DNA of 64,000 bases, from NCBI GenBank assembly GCA_963782055.1, contig CAWAIF010000003.1:672001-736000 (forward strand). The letters run 5' to 3'. Source of the stretch: an uncultured delta proteobacterium. Lineage in GTDB: Bacteria > Myxococcota_A > Polyangia > Polyangiales > Polyangiaceae. Under the pieces are notes generated by a model that saw nothing but the letters and a program-made list of their open reading frames with translations, ran no database searches and was not told the origin of the DNA. A program made the translations under genes and the position numbers. Shown in pieces: positions 31,240 to 40,867 of the stretch. Each line of letters starts with the position of its first letter. Within the stretch, counting starts at the first letter, position 1.

Positions 31240-33291
31240 ATGCGCAAGCTTCTCTTCTCGCTGGGCGTCGCCGGGGCCCTGGCGTTCTCCGCGTGCTCCA
31301 GCACGCCCCCGCCCATCCACTCCATCTTCGTCGCCCCGCAGTCGGTCTCCGACCTGCAGGGCACCGCGTACCTCGATCACCCCTTCCCGAGCGACGTTCG
31401 CCGTGACGCGAGCGGGCACGTGGTCATCGACGGGATGTTCAACCCGAGCCTCAACATCACCGTCCAGCGCTACGAGACGGTGACCGACGGGCTGCTCGAC
31501 GGCTTCTCGCCCGCCGCCGCGGCGTACTTCCGGTTCGACGGGGAGCTGGATCCCGCCTCGCTCCCCGCGTCGCCGCCCGACTCGCTCTCACCGACCTCGA
31601 CCGTGCAGATCGTGGACGTGGACCCGAGCTCGCCGGAGGAGGGGCAGCGCAAGCTGCTGCAGTGGTACTGGCGCAAAGACGAGGGGATGTACTGGCTGCC
31701 GGACACGCTCGCGGTCGCGCCCGCGCACGGCTACCCGCTGCGCCCGCACACGCAGTACGCGATCGTCGTCACGCGCGCGGCGCGCTCCGTCGACGGCGGA
31801 GGCGTGGTGCCCAGCGCCGACCTGATGGAGGTGCTCGGCCTGACCGCGCCCACCGACCGCACCGCCGCGGTCCGCGAGACCTTCGGCCCGGCGATCCAGG
31901 AGCTGTCCTCGCTCGGGCTCGGCCCGGAGAGCATCGCGCAGCTCACCGTCTTCACCACCAACAATCCCACCCGGGAGCTCTTCAAGATCGCCGACACGAT
32001 GCGCTCGCAGGTCCCGGCGCCCACCGTCGAGCCGGACTCCTGGAAGCTGGTGAAGACCACCGCCATCGCCAACATCTACGAGGGCGTCTACGGACCCTCA
32101 CCCAACTACCAGGCGGGGAAGATCCCCTTCGCCAACCTGGGCGACGGCGGCAACTTCGCCTTCGACGCGGGCGGCAATCCCATCGTGCAGGGCACCTTCA
32201 CCATGCGCTTCTCGCTGGTCGTGCCGCTGCAGTCGGCGTGCCCCATGCCCGCGGACGGCTACCCCATCGTGCTCTACGCGCACGGCACCGGCGGCGACTT
32301 CGAGTCGGTGTGGCGGGAGTCGGGCGGCGCGGGCCAGACGCTGCCCAACGAGTGCATCGCGGCCATGGGCGTCGACCAGATCTTCCACGGCGCCCGCCCC
32401 GGCGCCCCGCCGCCCACCGACCCCAACCTGGAGACCGACATCGAGCTGCTCTTCTTCAACCTCAACAACCCCATCGCCGCGCGGACGAACGGCCAGCAGG
32501 CCGCCATCGACGTCATCCAGCAGGCGCGCCTGTTCACCGAGTCGCACGCCACCGTGCCGGTGGCCAAGCCGGACAACACCCCCATCTCGGCGACCGGCCA
32601 GGAGATCCGCTTCGACGCGAGCAAGCTCCTCTTCTTCGGCCACTCGCAGGGCGGCGTGAACGGCCCGCTCTTCCTCGCCGCCGACAATCAGGCGCGCGGC
32701 GGAGTGCTGAGCGGCACCGGCGCGATGATCACAGTGGCGCTGCTGGAGAAGACGCTCCCCACGCCCAGCGTGGCGGGTGCGGTCAAGACGCTGCTCGGCC
32801 TGAACGGCGAGGCGTATGCCGACGAGCTCAACCTCTTCCACCCCGTCATCAACCTGGCGCAGACCATCGTCGACTCGACCGACCCGCTCGAGTACATGCC
32901 GTACATCATCCAGCACCCGCGCCACGGGGTGCACAAGAGCATCTACCAGACCGAGGGCATCGGCCCGGACGGCGTGGGCGACAGCTACGCGCCGCCGCAC
33001 GGCATCGAGATCGCCTCGGTGGCGATGGGGCTGCCGCTGCAGTCCCCCGGCGTGCGGGAGGTGGAGGAGGCGCCCTGGGGCGGCCTGGGCGACGTGACCG
33101 TCCCCGCAGGGGGGCTGTCCGGGAACCTCGCCGGCGGTCAGGCGAGCGGAGTGCTCGCGCAGTTCCCGCCCGCCGCCGGGAGCGACGGGCACTTCGTCGT
33201 CTTCGACGTCGCCGCCGCGCGCACGCAGGCGGCGCAGTTCATCCGGAACCTGGCCGACGATCCGAAGGGCCGGGTCCCCGCGCTTCAGTGA
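31240..33291 (+). CDS. Lipoprotein with N-terminal Ig-like region and alpha/beta hydrolase (lipase-like) domain
   Basis: Lipobox FSAC; PFPSD..GFSP N-terminus; YAHGTGG, GHSQGG, DGHFV. Confidence 0.8.
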   Translation: MRKLLFSLGVAGALAFSACSSTPPPIHSIFVAPQSVSDLQGTAYLDHPFPSDVRRDASGHVVIDGMFNPSLNITVQRYETVTDGLLDGFSPAAAAYFRFDGELDPASLPASPPDSLSPTSTVQIVDVDPSSPEEGQRKLLQWYWRKDEGMYWLPDTLAVAPAHGYPLRPHTQYAIVVTRAARSVDGGGVVPSADLMEVLGLTAPTDRTAAVRETFGPAIQELSSLGLGPESIAQLTVFTTNNPTRELFKIADTMRSQVPAPTVEPDSWKLVKTTAIANIYEGVYGPSPNYQAGKIPFANLGDGGNFAFDAGGNPIVQGTFTMRFSLVVPLQSACPMPADGYPIVLYAHGTGGDFESVWRESGGAGQTLPNECIAAMGVDQIFHGARPGAPPPTDPNLETDIELLFFNLNNPIAARTNGQQAAIDVIQQARLFTESHATVPVAKPDNTPISATGQEIRFDASKLLFFGHSQGGVNGPLFLAADNQARGGVLSGTGAMITVALLEKTLPTPSVAGAVKTLLGLNGEAYADELNLFHPVINLAQTIVDSTDPLEYMPYIIQHPRHGVHKSIYQTEGIGPDGVGDSYAPPHGIEIASVAMGLPLQSPGVREVEEAPWGGLGDVTVPAGGLSGNLAGGQASGVLAQFPPAAGSDGHFVVFDVAAARTQAAQFIRNLADDPKGRVPALQ

Positions 33292-33309
33292 AGCCTGCGC
33301 CGCGGGCTG

Positions 33310-34332
33310 CTACTGGCAACACACGGTGCGCGTGGACGCGTAGGTCACGCTGGGGTTCGACTTGCCGGTCGCCGTGCAGCCGTTGAAGCTGGCGGTCGCG
33401 GTGTAGGAGAGGCCGTGGTACTGGCCCTGTTGCTGCGTGCCGTGGCACTTGCCATCGGCGGCGACGGTGTCCTCGCCGTTCTGGCAGGTATCGTCGCTCC
33501 AGAAGTGGACCGTGGGGCTGGTGCAGCCGCCCTTGAAGGTGCACGCCGTCCCGCAGTCGGAGCAGGTGAGGGTCGGCGTCTTCTCGACCAGCCGCTTCTG
33601 CGAGAAGGAAGAGCCGTTGGGGCAGGGCACGTCGGCGTCGTGGACGATGCACGCGGCGAACCCGTTGGGCGCGTAGCCCGCGCACGTGGCGGACTGGCAC
33701 TCCGCCGGCGGCGGGCACAGGCGCACGTCGGTGCCGATCACCGCCCCGGCGTCCTGGACCTTGGCGACGTCGCATGTGCCGCCGCTCGGCTGGATCGTCG
33801 TGGCCTGCTCGTCCGCGTGAAGGAAGTAGTCCGTCGCGACGCAAGCGCCGTCGGTGAAGGTGATCGTGCCCTGATCATCCCCGTTGCAGGTGTTGAACTT
33901 CCCCTTCATGTGGATGGTGCCGGTGGTGCACGTGGGGTCGGTCAGCTTGGTGCAGGAGCACGAGCACGCGCCGTTGCCGGTCGTGACGTTGATCAACGCG
34001 TCGTCCGCGGGGCCGTAGGATTGCGGGCACGCGGTCTGCGTGTTCTCCGCATAGGCCACCGGCGTCCAGCCGGCGGGCACCTCCGCGCCGCCGCACGCGT
34101 TGGCGTCGGTGTAGCAGGGGCCGGCGTCGAACGGCGGCTGCACGACGTCCAGCCCGGCGTCGCTCGCGTCGGGGCCACCGCCCCCGTCGGGCAGGACGTC
34201 GCCGTCAGGCCCGACGTTGCCGTCGGGGAGCGGGTTGACCGCCGCGTCGTCCACCGGCGCGAGCCCGCTCTCGTCCAGACCGCACCCGATGACCAGCGCC
34301 CCGAGCATGGCGAGCGAGGTCATCCTCATCAT
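33310..34332 (-). CDS. Cys-rich lipoprotein
   Basis: Lipobox VIGC; DA/DG linker; over 20 Cys ending TVCCQ. Confidence 0.75.
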   Translation of the reverse strand: MMRMTSLAMLGALVIGCGLDESGLAPVDDAAVNPLPDGNVGPDGDVLPDGGGGPDASDAGLDVVQPPFDAGPCYTDANACGGAEVPAGWTPVAYAENTQTACPQSYGPADDALINVTTGNGACSCSCTKLTDPTCTTGTIHMKGKFNTCNGDDQGTITFTDGACVATDYFLHADEQATTIQPSGGTCDVAKVQDAGAVIGTDVRLCPPPAECQSATCAGYAPNGFAACIVHDADVPCPNGSSFSQKRLVEKTPTLTCSDCGTACTFKGGCTSPTVHFWSDDTCQNGEDTVAADGKCHGTQQQGQYHGLSYTATASFNGCTATGKSNPSVTYASTRTVCCQ

Positions 34333-34452
34333 ACCGGTAAGGATAGCCCCCCTCCCGCGCCCGTCACAAGCGAAGAAGGTCCACATGCTGATGTGTACCG
34401 TAACACGCCTCGCGCCAGTCTTCCTTCGTGCCCTTCGGGCTGTCGGCCGCTC

Positions 34453-36270
34453 TCAGGTCCGCACGCCGTGCAGCGGGCCTCCCGCAGCGAAGAGGGCGTC
34501 GACGCGCCGCGACACGCCGGCGTCCTCGATCAGAGGCGGTGCGTGCTGGGGCTTGTGCCGCGCGTCGATGACCACCGATCCGGTGCAGCCCCAGGCCTTG
34601 TCGATGACGCGCTCCCCGCCGCCATGCACGTCACGCGCCGGGTCGGAGCGCGTGAAGGTGATCCACAGCCAGTTGCGGAGCGAGCGCGCGGCGAACTCGG
34701 CGTCGTCGACGAGCACCACCAGCGGGAAGCCGCTCACCGGCTCCGGGCCGAGCGCCGCGGCGAAGTCACGCGCGGCGCTCTCGCCGAAGGGGGGCGCACC
34801 CACGACGAGCACGCCCGGCAGCGCCACGCGCACCTCCGCCTGTCGTGTGGGCAGACGGAGTCCGTCCGGCACGCGGGTGCCGAGCGTCCGCCGCGACGGA
34901 CCGGCGGCGGCGATCACCACCTTCGAGCCGGCGTTGAGGCCCGTGCCGGAGTAGTCGAGCGTGTCGATGGTGGTGTTGGTGACGAAGTGCAGATCGCGAG
35001 TCGGGTCGACGCGCTCGAGCACGTGCCGGAAGAACGCCCCGAGGTCACGCACGTCCAGCCCTGGCGCGCCGCCGCCGTCGGCGATGAAGAGGTACTTGGC
35101 GAGGGACATCTGCCCCTGCCCCAGGATGGCGCTCGCCTGCGTGAGGATCTCCATCGGCCGCGTGACGTCGGCATAAGGCGTGTAGCGCTCGCTGCCAATC
35201 GCGAGCAGGAGCGGGTGCACGCCCGCCGCGTCGACCGCGTGGACCGCGCGCACGCCGGGAAGCACGTCGGGCACGAGCGGGGCGGTGAGCTCGCCGATGA
35301 GCTCGCCGAAGATGGTGTCCTCCTGCGGCGGCCGCCCCACGACCGTGAAGGGCCAGATGGCGTCCTCGCGGCAGCGCACGTCCTCCACGTGCAGGACCGG
35401 GAAGTCGTGGCGGCGGGAGTAGTAGCCGAGGTGATCGCCGAAGGGGCCCTCCGGCTTGGTCTCCGTCGGGTCCACCCAGCCGCGCAGGACGAAGTCGGCG
35501 TCGGCGTGGACGCACGGCTCACCGCGCACCAGGCGCACGCTGCGCCGGTTGAGCGCGCCGGCGAAGGCGAGCTCGGGCAGCCCCTCCGGCAGGGGCATCA
35601 CCGCGGCGAGGGTCATCGCGGGCGGGCCGCCGACGAAGACGTTGACGCGCAGGGTCTCCCCCCGCGCTCGCGCCGCGGCGTGGTGCACGCCGATGCCGCG
35701 GTGGATCTGGTAGTGCAGCCCCACCTCGCGCCCCGCGACGTACTCGTTGCCCGAGAGCTGGATGCGATACATCCCCAGGTTGGAGCGGCGCGGCCCGGGG
35801 GCGCCCGGGTCCTCGGTGTAGACCTGGGGCAGGGTGACGAAGGGGCCGCCGTCGTCGGGCCAGGAGACGAGCTGCGGCAGCGCCGCGATGGAGGTCTCGC
35901 GCGCGAGTGACGGAGCGCGCCGCACGAAGCGCGGGAGCAGGTGCGTCGCGGCAGCCGGCAGCCGCGCGGCCGCCGCCGGGTGCCGCAACAGGTCCGCCGG
36001 GTCGACGCGCGCCGCGACGAGCGCGCGTACGCCGTCCAGGGCGTCGCGAAATATGTATTCTGCACGCTTCCGGGTGCCGAGGAGGTTGGACACCATGGGG
36101 AAGGCGGTGCCCTTCACCCGCGCGAAGAGGATCGCCGGCCCGCCCGCGGCGAAGACGCGCCGCTGGATCTCGGCGGCCTCCAGGTACGCGTCCACCTCCA
36201 CGTCCAGGCGCAGGAGCTGGTCGGTGCGCGCGAGGTCGTCGACGCAATCACGCAGGGAGGCGTAGCCCAT
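34453..36270 (-). CDS. UbiD family (prFMN-dependent) decarboxylase
   Basis: SWPDDGGPFVTLP, NLGMYRIQ, EGPFGDHLGYY, GRPPQED, DTLDY. Confidence 0.92.
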   Translation of the reverse strand: MGYASLRDCVDDLARTDQLLRLDVEVDAYLEAAEIQRRVFAAGGPAILFARVKGTAFPMVSNLLGTRKRAEYIFRDALDGVRALVAARVDPADLLRHPAAAARLPAAATHLLPRFVRRAPSLARETSIAALPQLVSWPDDGGPFVTLPQVYTEDPGAPGPRRSNLGMYRIQLSGNEYVAGREVGLHYQIHRGIGVHHAAARARGETLRVNVFVGGPPAMTLAAVMPLPEGLPELAFAGALNRRSVRLVRGEPCVHADADFVLRGWVDPTETKPEGPFGDHLGYYSRRHDFPVLHVEDVRCREDAIWPFTVVGRPPQEDTIFGELIGELTAPLVPDVLPGVRAVHAVDAAGVHPLLLAIGSERYTPYADVTRPMEILTQASAILGQGQMSLAKYLFIADGGGAPGLDVRDLGAFFRHVLERVDPTRDLHFVTNTTIDTLDYSGTGLNAGSKVVIAAAGPSRRTLGTRVPDGLRLPTRQAEVRVALPGVLVVGAPPFGESAARDFAAALGPEPVSGFPLVVLVDDAEFAARSLRNWLWITFTRSDPARDVHGGGERVIDKAWGCTGSVVIDARHKPQHAPPLIEDAGVSRRVDALFAAGGPLHGVRT

Positions 36271-36401
36271 CGGCGGGGGACTGTAGTCGCGCGCCGGGCA
36301 GATGCCGAGGGGGCAGACCGAGCCGCTCCCTCCGGTCAGCCTTTGTCATGGTAAAGGCAGCTTTCGTGAATCGCCCGGGCCTGGTACGCGTCGAACCGCC
36401 G

Positions 36402-37154
36402 GTGCGCGCGCTCGTTGCCCTCTCCATCCTCGGCGTCCTCCTCGCCTCGCCGCTCGCGCGCGCCCAGGCGCCGGCCGGCAGCCCGCCGCCATCCGGACCG
36501 CCGCCGGCCATCACGCCGGAGCACCAGGCGCAGGTGCGCGCCCAGCTCGAGCAGGAGTCGCGCGCCGCGCAGGGCCCCGGCATCTACGCTCAGGAGGCGC
36601 GCGACGTCGACGCGGCCCGCTACCAGGCGTGGGTGGCGCGCGGGAAGGCGGCGAAGCGCGGCCCCTTCCGGCTGGGCGACCGCCTGAGCGGCGTCGACAC
36701 CGGGGGGTACTTCGCCGCGTACGGGGGGCGCGACGGTCTCTTCGCGATCGGCTCGCGCGTCGCCGGCCGGGTCGGCCTGTGGCGGTGGCTGGAGCTGGAG
36801 GGTCGCGCCTACGTCGCGTCGGAGGTCTTCCAGGGCTTCCACTTCGTCACGACCGCGGCCGTGCTCTCGATGCGCGCCGAGGTCGCGGTCTCCGGGTCGT
36901 CCACGCTGTACGCCACCCTCGGCGCCGGCGCGGAGGCGCCCCTCACCGGCGGCGCCCGCACGCCCGACGGGGCGCTGCTCGTGCCCCTGTCGCTCGGCGT
37001 GAGCGCCTGCATCGTCAACCTCGGCGATGCCGGCTGCGGCGGCATCATGGTGGAGTCCACGTTCGGCATCCGGGTCCCCTTCGGCGGCGCGGACGAGATG
37101 CGCATCGTCCGCGGGTACGTCGCCTTCAACTTCGGTCCCGCTCTGGTCTTCTGA
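36402..37154 (+). CDS. Secreted protein, probable outer-membrane beta-barrel
   Basis: Signal peptide ending ARA-Q; alternating beta-strand pattern; C-terminal Phe; start uncertain (36348 or 36402). Confidence 0.6.
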   Translation: MRALVALSILGVLLASPLARAQAPAGSPPPSGPPPAITPEHQAQVRAQLEQESRAAQGPGIYAQEARDVDAARYQAWVARGKAAKRGPFRLGDRLSGVDTGGYFAAYGGRDGLFAIGSRVAGRVGLWRWLELEGRAYVASEVFQGFHFVTTAAVLSMRAEVAVSGSSTLYATLGAGAEAPLTGGARTPDGALLVPLSLGVSACIVNLGDAGCGGIMVESTFGIRVPFGGADEMRIVRGYVAFNFGPALVF

Positions 37155-37155
37155 G

Positions 37156-38061
37156 ATGCGCGCGCCCGCCCTCGTCCTCGCCGCCGCCGTGGCGCTCGCC
37201 GCCGCGCCCGCGCTCGCGCAGCAGGTGACGTGCATCCCGGGCACGAGCGTCTGCGGTCAGGTCGGCCCGGACGGGAAGATCATCGTCGCGCCGCCGCCGG
37301 TGGGCGTGCAGGGGCAGGGGACGGTGCAGGGGCAGGGCCAGGGCCAGGGCCAGGGCCAGGTGCAGGTCGCGCCTCCCTCGTGGCAGGAGCAGGTGGCGAA
37401 GTGGCGGCTGCAGTGGGACGCATACTTCCGCTGGCGCGCGCAGCTCAAGGTGCAGGTCGACATCGACGTCGCCGCGCGCCTCCACGCCGAGGCGCACGCC
37501 GCCGACCTCGCCGTGCCGGACCCGTACCTCCATCGCCCGCTCTCCATCCCGGGGCCGAGCGTCCCCGACGTTCACTTCCCGCGCATGAGCCTCGGTCTGC
37601 TCGGCTTCTGCTTCGGGCACTGGGTCGGCGAGGGCGCGCCCGTCTACGCGGGCTACTGCCCGTCCATCCGCTACCGTCTCGGCAGGCTGGCGATCGCCCT
37701 CGACCCGTCGCTCACCGACGTCGACGAGGCCAACCGGCAGTACGTGCTCTTCGCCGTCCGCCCGGACGTCACGTACGCGATCCTCGCCGGCTCCGGCGAG
37801 ACGCTCGGCTCCGAGCTCTTCGTGCGTGGCGGCGGCGACGTCTACTTCCCCTTCGACACCGACTACGAGACGCCCGCGGCGTTCCTCGGCGCGCACGCCG
37901 GCATCGGGGCGCAGATCACCGGCGCGACGTGGGCCTTCGGCATGGACTGGCGCGCGACGCTGCGCGGGGGCGTGTCGCCCGGCACCGACCCCGCCTCCCG
38001 CGCGATGGCGGACTTCCGCGCGGGCACCGAGGTGCGCGCGTACGTCACCGTGGAGTTCTAG
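37156..38061 (+). CDS. Secreted protein, probable outer-membrane beta-barrel with GQ repeats
   Basis: Signal peptide ending ALA-Q; (GQ)n tract; ends AYVTVEF. Confidence 0.65.
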   Translation: MRAPALVLAAAVALAAAPALAQQVTCIPGTSVCGQVGPDGKIIVAPPPVGVQGQGTVQGQGQGQGQGQVQVAPPSWQEQVAKWRLQWDAYFRWRAQLKVQVDIDVAARLHAEAHAADLAVPDPYLHRPLSIPGPSVPDVHFPRMSLGLLGFCFGHWVGEGAPVYAGYCPSIRYRLGRLAIALDPSLTDVDEANRQYVLFAVRPDVTYAILAGSGETLGSELFVRGGGDVYFPFDTDYETPAAFLGAHAGIGAQITGATWAFGMDWRATLRGGVSPGTDPASRAMADFRAGTEVRAYVTVEF

Positions 38062-38067
38062 GCGTCG

Positions 38068-39666
38068 TCACGCCTGCCTCTTCCTTCGCGCCGAGAGCGC
38101 GAGGCCGAGGCCGAGCACCACGGCGAGCGGGGCGCCGCCGGAGCCGCCACCCGCGCCGGAGGTGCTGCACCCGGCGGTGACCATCGGATCGCCGTTCGCG
38201 CCGGGCTCGGGCGACTCGTTCGCCTCGGCGCACGCGTCGCCCACGCCGTCCGCGTCGCTGTCGGTCTGGTCGGCGTTGGGGATGCCGGGGCAGTTGTCCT
38301 TCGTGTTGGGGACTCCGTCCCCATCCATGTCGTCGTCGCACACGTCGCCGGTGCCGTCGTCGTCCATGTCCGACTGATCCGCGTTGGCCACCTGCGGGCA
38401 GTTGTCGTCCTCGTCGGCGATGCCGTCGCCGTCGAAGTCGCCGTCGCAGGCGTCGCCCTCGCCGTCCTTGTCGGCGTCGGCCTGGTCGGGGTTGGCGTCG
38501 ACCGGGCAGTTGTCGTCGGCGTTCGGCACGCCGTCGCCGTCGATGTCGTCGTCGCAGGCGTCGCCCTTGCCGTCGCCGTCGGTGTCGTCCTGGTCCAGGT
38601 TGGGCGTCTTCGGGCAGTTGTCCTGCGAGTCGGGCACGAAGTCGCCGTCGTCGTCCTGCTGGCAGGCATCGCCCTTGCCGTCGCCGTTGGTGTCGGTCTG
38701 GTTCGGGTTCTTCGTCTTGGGGCAGTTGTCCTTCGCGTCGGGGACGCCGTCGCCGTCGTCGTCGTCGTCGCACACGTCCCCCTTGCCGTCCTTGTCGGTG
38801 TCGGTCTGGGCGTGGTTCTTGTCCTTCGGGCAGTTGTCCTTCGCGTCGGGGATCTTGTCGTTGTCGTCGTCGTTGTCGCAGGCGTCGCCCTTGCCGTCCT
38901 TGTCGGTGTCGAGCTGCCCAGCGTTCTTGACGGTGCGGCAGTTGTCCTTGCCGTCGAGCACTCCGTCGTTGTCGTCGTCGTTGTCGCAGGCGTCGCCCTT
39001 GCCGTCCTTGTCGGTGTCGGTCTGGCCGTGGTTCTTGACGCCCGGGCAGTTGTCCTTGTTGTCGGGGATGCCGTCGCCGTCCTTGTCGTTGGCGATGCCG
39101 TCGAAGCGAATGGCGGTGAAGGTACGGCCCTCGTAGGAGATGTAGACCGAGCTGCCGTTGATGGAGACGTTGGAGGTGAACGCGTGCGCGTAGGGCTGCG
39201 CGGCGCTGCACCCAGGCTCCTCCAGGAACACCGCGCTCTTCTTGGGCGTCACCCACTTCTTGAACAGGACGATGTGCTCGGAGCGGTTGAGCGCGTCGCC
39301 GGGTTGCAGGTTGCCGCCGGAGATGGTGTGCGAGACCTGCGTGTTGAAGGGGGCGAACTGCGTGGTCACCCGGCCCGGCGCGGGAAGGGCCCACGCCCAC
39401 GACACGAACCCCGAGCAGTCGGAGCGGTACGGGTCCCACTGCGCGTTGTTCTGACGCGAGCACGTCGACGAGCACGCCGCGTCGTAGTCGTGCTTGTGGT
39501 TCGGCGCCTGGCAGTACTTCAGCTTGGCGTTGACCCACTGCATCGCGCGGCTCACGGCGGTGGCCCCGGTGATGGCCTCGGAGGAGGACTCCTCGTCGGA
39601 GGTGGAGACGGCGCACCCGACGGCGAAAGCCACACCGGCCGCGATGATGAGTTGAGTCCCGCGCAT
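38068..39666 (-). CDS. NlpC/P60-like domain + thrombospondin type-3 repeats + MYXO-CTERM protein
   Basis: GGAGGA SD; lipobox AVGC; YRSDCSGFVSWAW...HIVLF; 8 DNCP..GDAC units; GCS..TM..RRKR tail. Confidence 0.85.
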   Translation of the reverse strand: MRGTQLIIAAGVAFAVGCAVSTSDEESSSEAITGATAVSRAMQWVNAKLKYCQAPNHKHDYDAACSSTCSRQNNAQWDPYRSDCSGFVSWAWALPAPGRVTTQFAPFNTQVSHTISGGNLQPGDALNRSEHIVLFKKWVTPKKSAVFLEEPGCSAAQPYAHAFTSNVSINGSSVYISYEGRTFTAIRFDGIANDKDGDGIPDNKDNCPGVKNHGQTDTDKDGKGDACDNDDDNDGVLDGKDNCRTVKNAGQLDTDKDGKGDACDNDDDNDKIPDAKDNCPKDKNHAQTDTDKDGKGDVCDDDDDGDGVPDAKDNCPKTKNPNQTDTNGDGKGDACQQDDDGDFVPDSQDNCPKTPNLDQDDTDGDGKGDACDDDIDGDGVPNADDNCPVDANPDQADADKDGEGDACDGDFDGDGIADEDDNCPQVANADQSDMDDDGTGDVCDDDMDGDGVPNTKDNCPGIPNADQTDSDADGVGDACAEANESPEPGANGDPMVTAGCSTSGAGGGSGGAPLAVVLGLGLALSARRKRQA

Positions 39667-39690
39667 TGAGTTCCTCCGGAGGGGACCATG

Positions 39691-39706
39691 AGCAATGCGC
39701 GTTCCA
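39691..39706 (-). promoter_or_regulatory. Sigma-54 (-24/-12) promoter
   Basis: Minus strand reads TGGAACGCGCATTGCT (GG-N10-GC), 24 nt before ATG 39666. Confidence 0.7.
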
Positions 39707-39862
39707 GCGGCGCGCGAGGCGGATTTTCCGGGTCGCCGGCGCGGTGGAGGGAGAAACCCCACCTCGCCCGGCCAGGGGCGCATGGGTCGCGGGGGATCCG
39801 CCTCGCGACGTGCCGCGATGAGGTGCGCGATCTCGCGACGTCGCGTGGGGTAGTCTGGTCGC

Positions 39863-40867
39863 GTGCTCGCGATGCGGATTCACGAATACGGTGGCCCGGA
39901 CGTCTTCCGCGCCGACGAGGTCGATCGTCCGGAGCCGGGCCCCCGCGATCTCCTCGTCCGCGTCCACGCGACGGCGGTCAACCCGGTGGACTGGAAGCTG
40001 CGCAGCGGCGGACAGCGCAACGTGGCGCGCCTGGAGCTGCCGTGGATCCTGGGCCTGGACGTCTCCGGGGTGGTGGAGGCGGTCGGCCCGCGCGTGACGT
40101 GCTTCCGCGTGGGCGACGAGGTCTGGTCCACGCCCACGCACCGGCGGCCGGGTTGCTACGCCGAGTACACCTGCATCGACGAGCGGCAGGCGAGCAAGAA
40201 GCCGGCGCGCCTCTCGCACGTGGAGGCGGCGTCCATGCCGCTCGTGGGGCTCACCGCGTACCAGTGTCTGGTCGAGAGCGCGCGGCTTCGCGCCGGGGAG
40301 CGCGTGCTCATCCACGCCGGCGCCGGCGGCGTCGGGACCTTCGCCATCCAGCTCGCCAAGCACCTCGGCGCGCACGTGCTGACCACCTGCAGCGCGCGCA
40401 ACACCGACTTCGTGCGCGCGCTCGGCGCCGACGAGGTCATCGACTACACGAAGGGCAGCTTCGCCGACCAGTGCGATCCGGTCGATGTGGTGCTCGACAG
40501 CATCGGTCCCAGGATCCTCGAGGACAACGTGCGCGTGCTCCGCGCCGGCGGGCGCCTCGCCAACATCTCGGTGGACCTGCCGGAGCACGTCGAGCGCCAC
40601 GGCCCCTTCCTGGGCCTGTTCACCGTGGCCGGCGAGATGGTGCGGCTGCTGTCGCTGCCCTTTCATCGCAAGGCCATCCGCAGCCGGCACGTGCTCAAGC
40701 GCTCCGACGGCGTGCAGCTCGACGACATCGCCCGGCTGGTGGACGCAGGCGCGATCCGCGCGGTCATCGACCGTGTGCTGCCGCTGACCGAGGTGGCCGA
40801 CGCGCACCGCTACGGGGAGACGAACCGCGCGCGCGGCAAGATCGTGCTGGCGGTGAACGGTGCGTGA
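39863..40867 (+). CDS. NADP-dependent oxidoreductase (MDR/quinone oxidoreductase family)
   Basis: VNPVDWK, GLDVSG, HAGAGGVG, RARGKIVL. Confidence 0.92.
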   Translation: MLAMRIHEYGGPDVFRADEVDRPEPGPRDLLVRVHATAVNPVDWKLRSGGQRNVARLELPWILGLDVSGVVEAVGPRVTCFRVGDEVWSTPTHRRPGCYAEYTCIDERQASKKPARLSHVEAASMPLVGLTAYQCLVESARLRAGERVLIHAGAGGVGTFAIQLAKHLGAHVLTTCSARNTDFVRALGADEVIDYTKGSFADQCDPVDVVLDSIGPRILEDNVRVLRAGGRLANISVDLPEHVERHGPFLGLFTVAGEMVRLLSLPFHRKAIRSRHVLKRSDGVQLDDIARLVDAGAIRAVIDRVLPLTEVADAHRYGETNRARGKIVLAVNGA

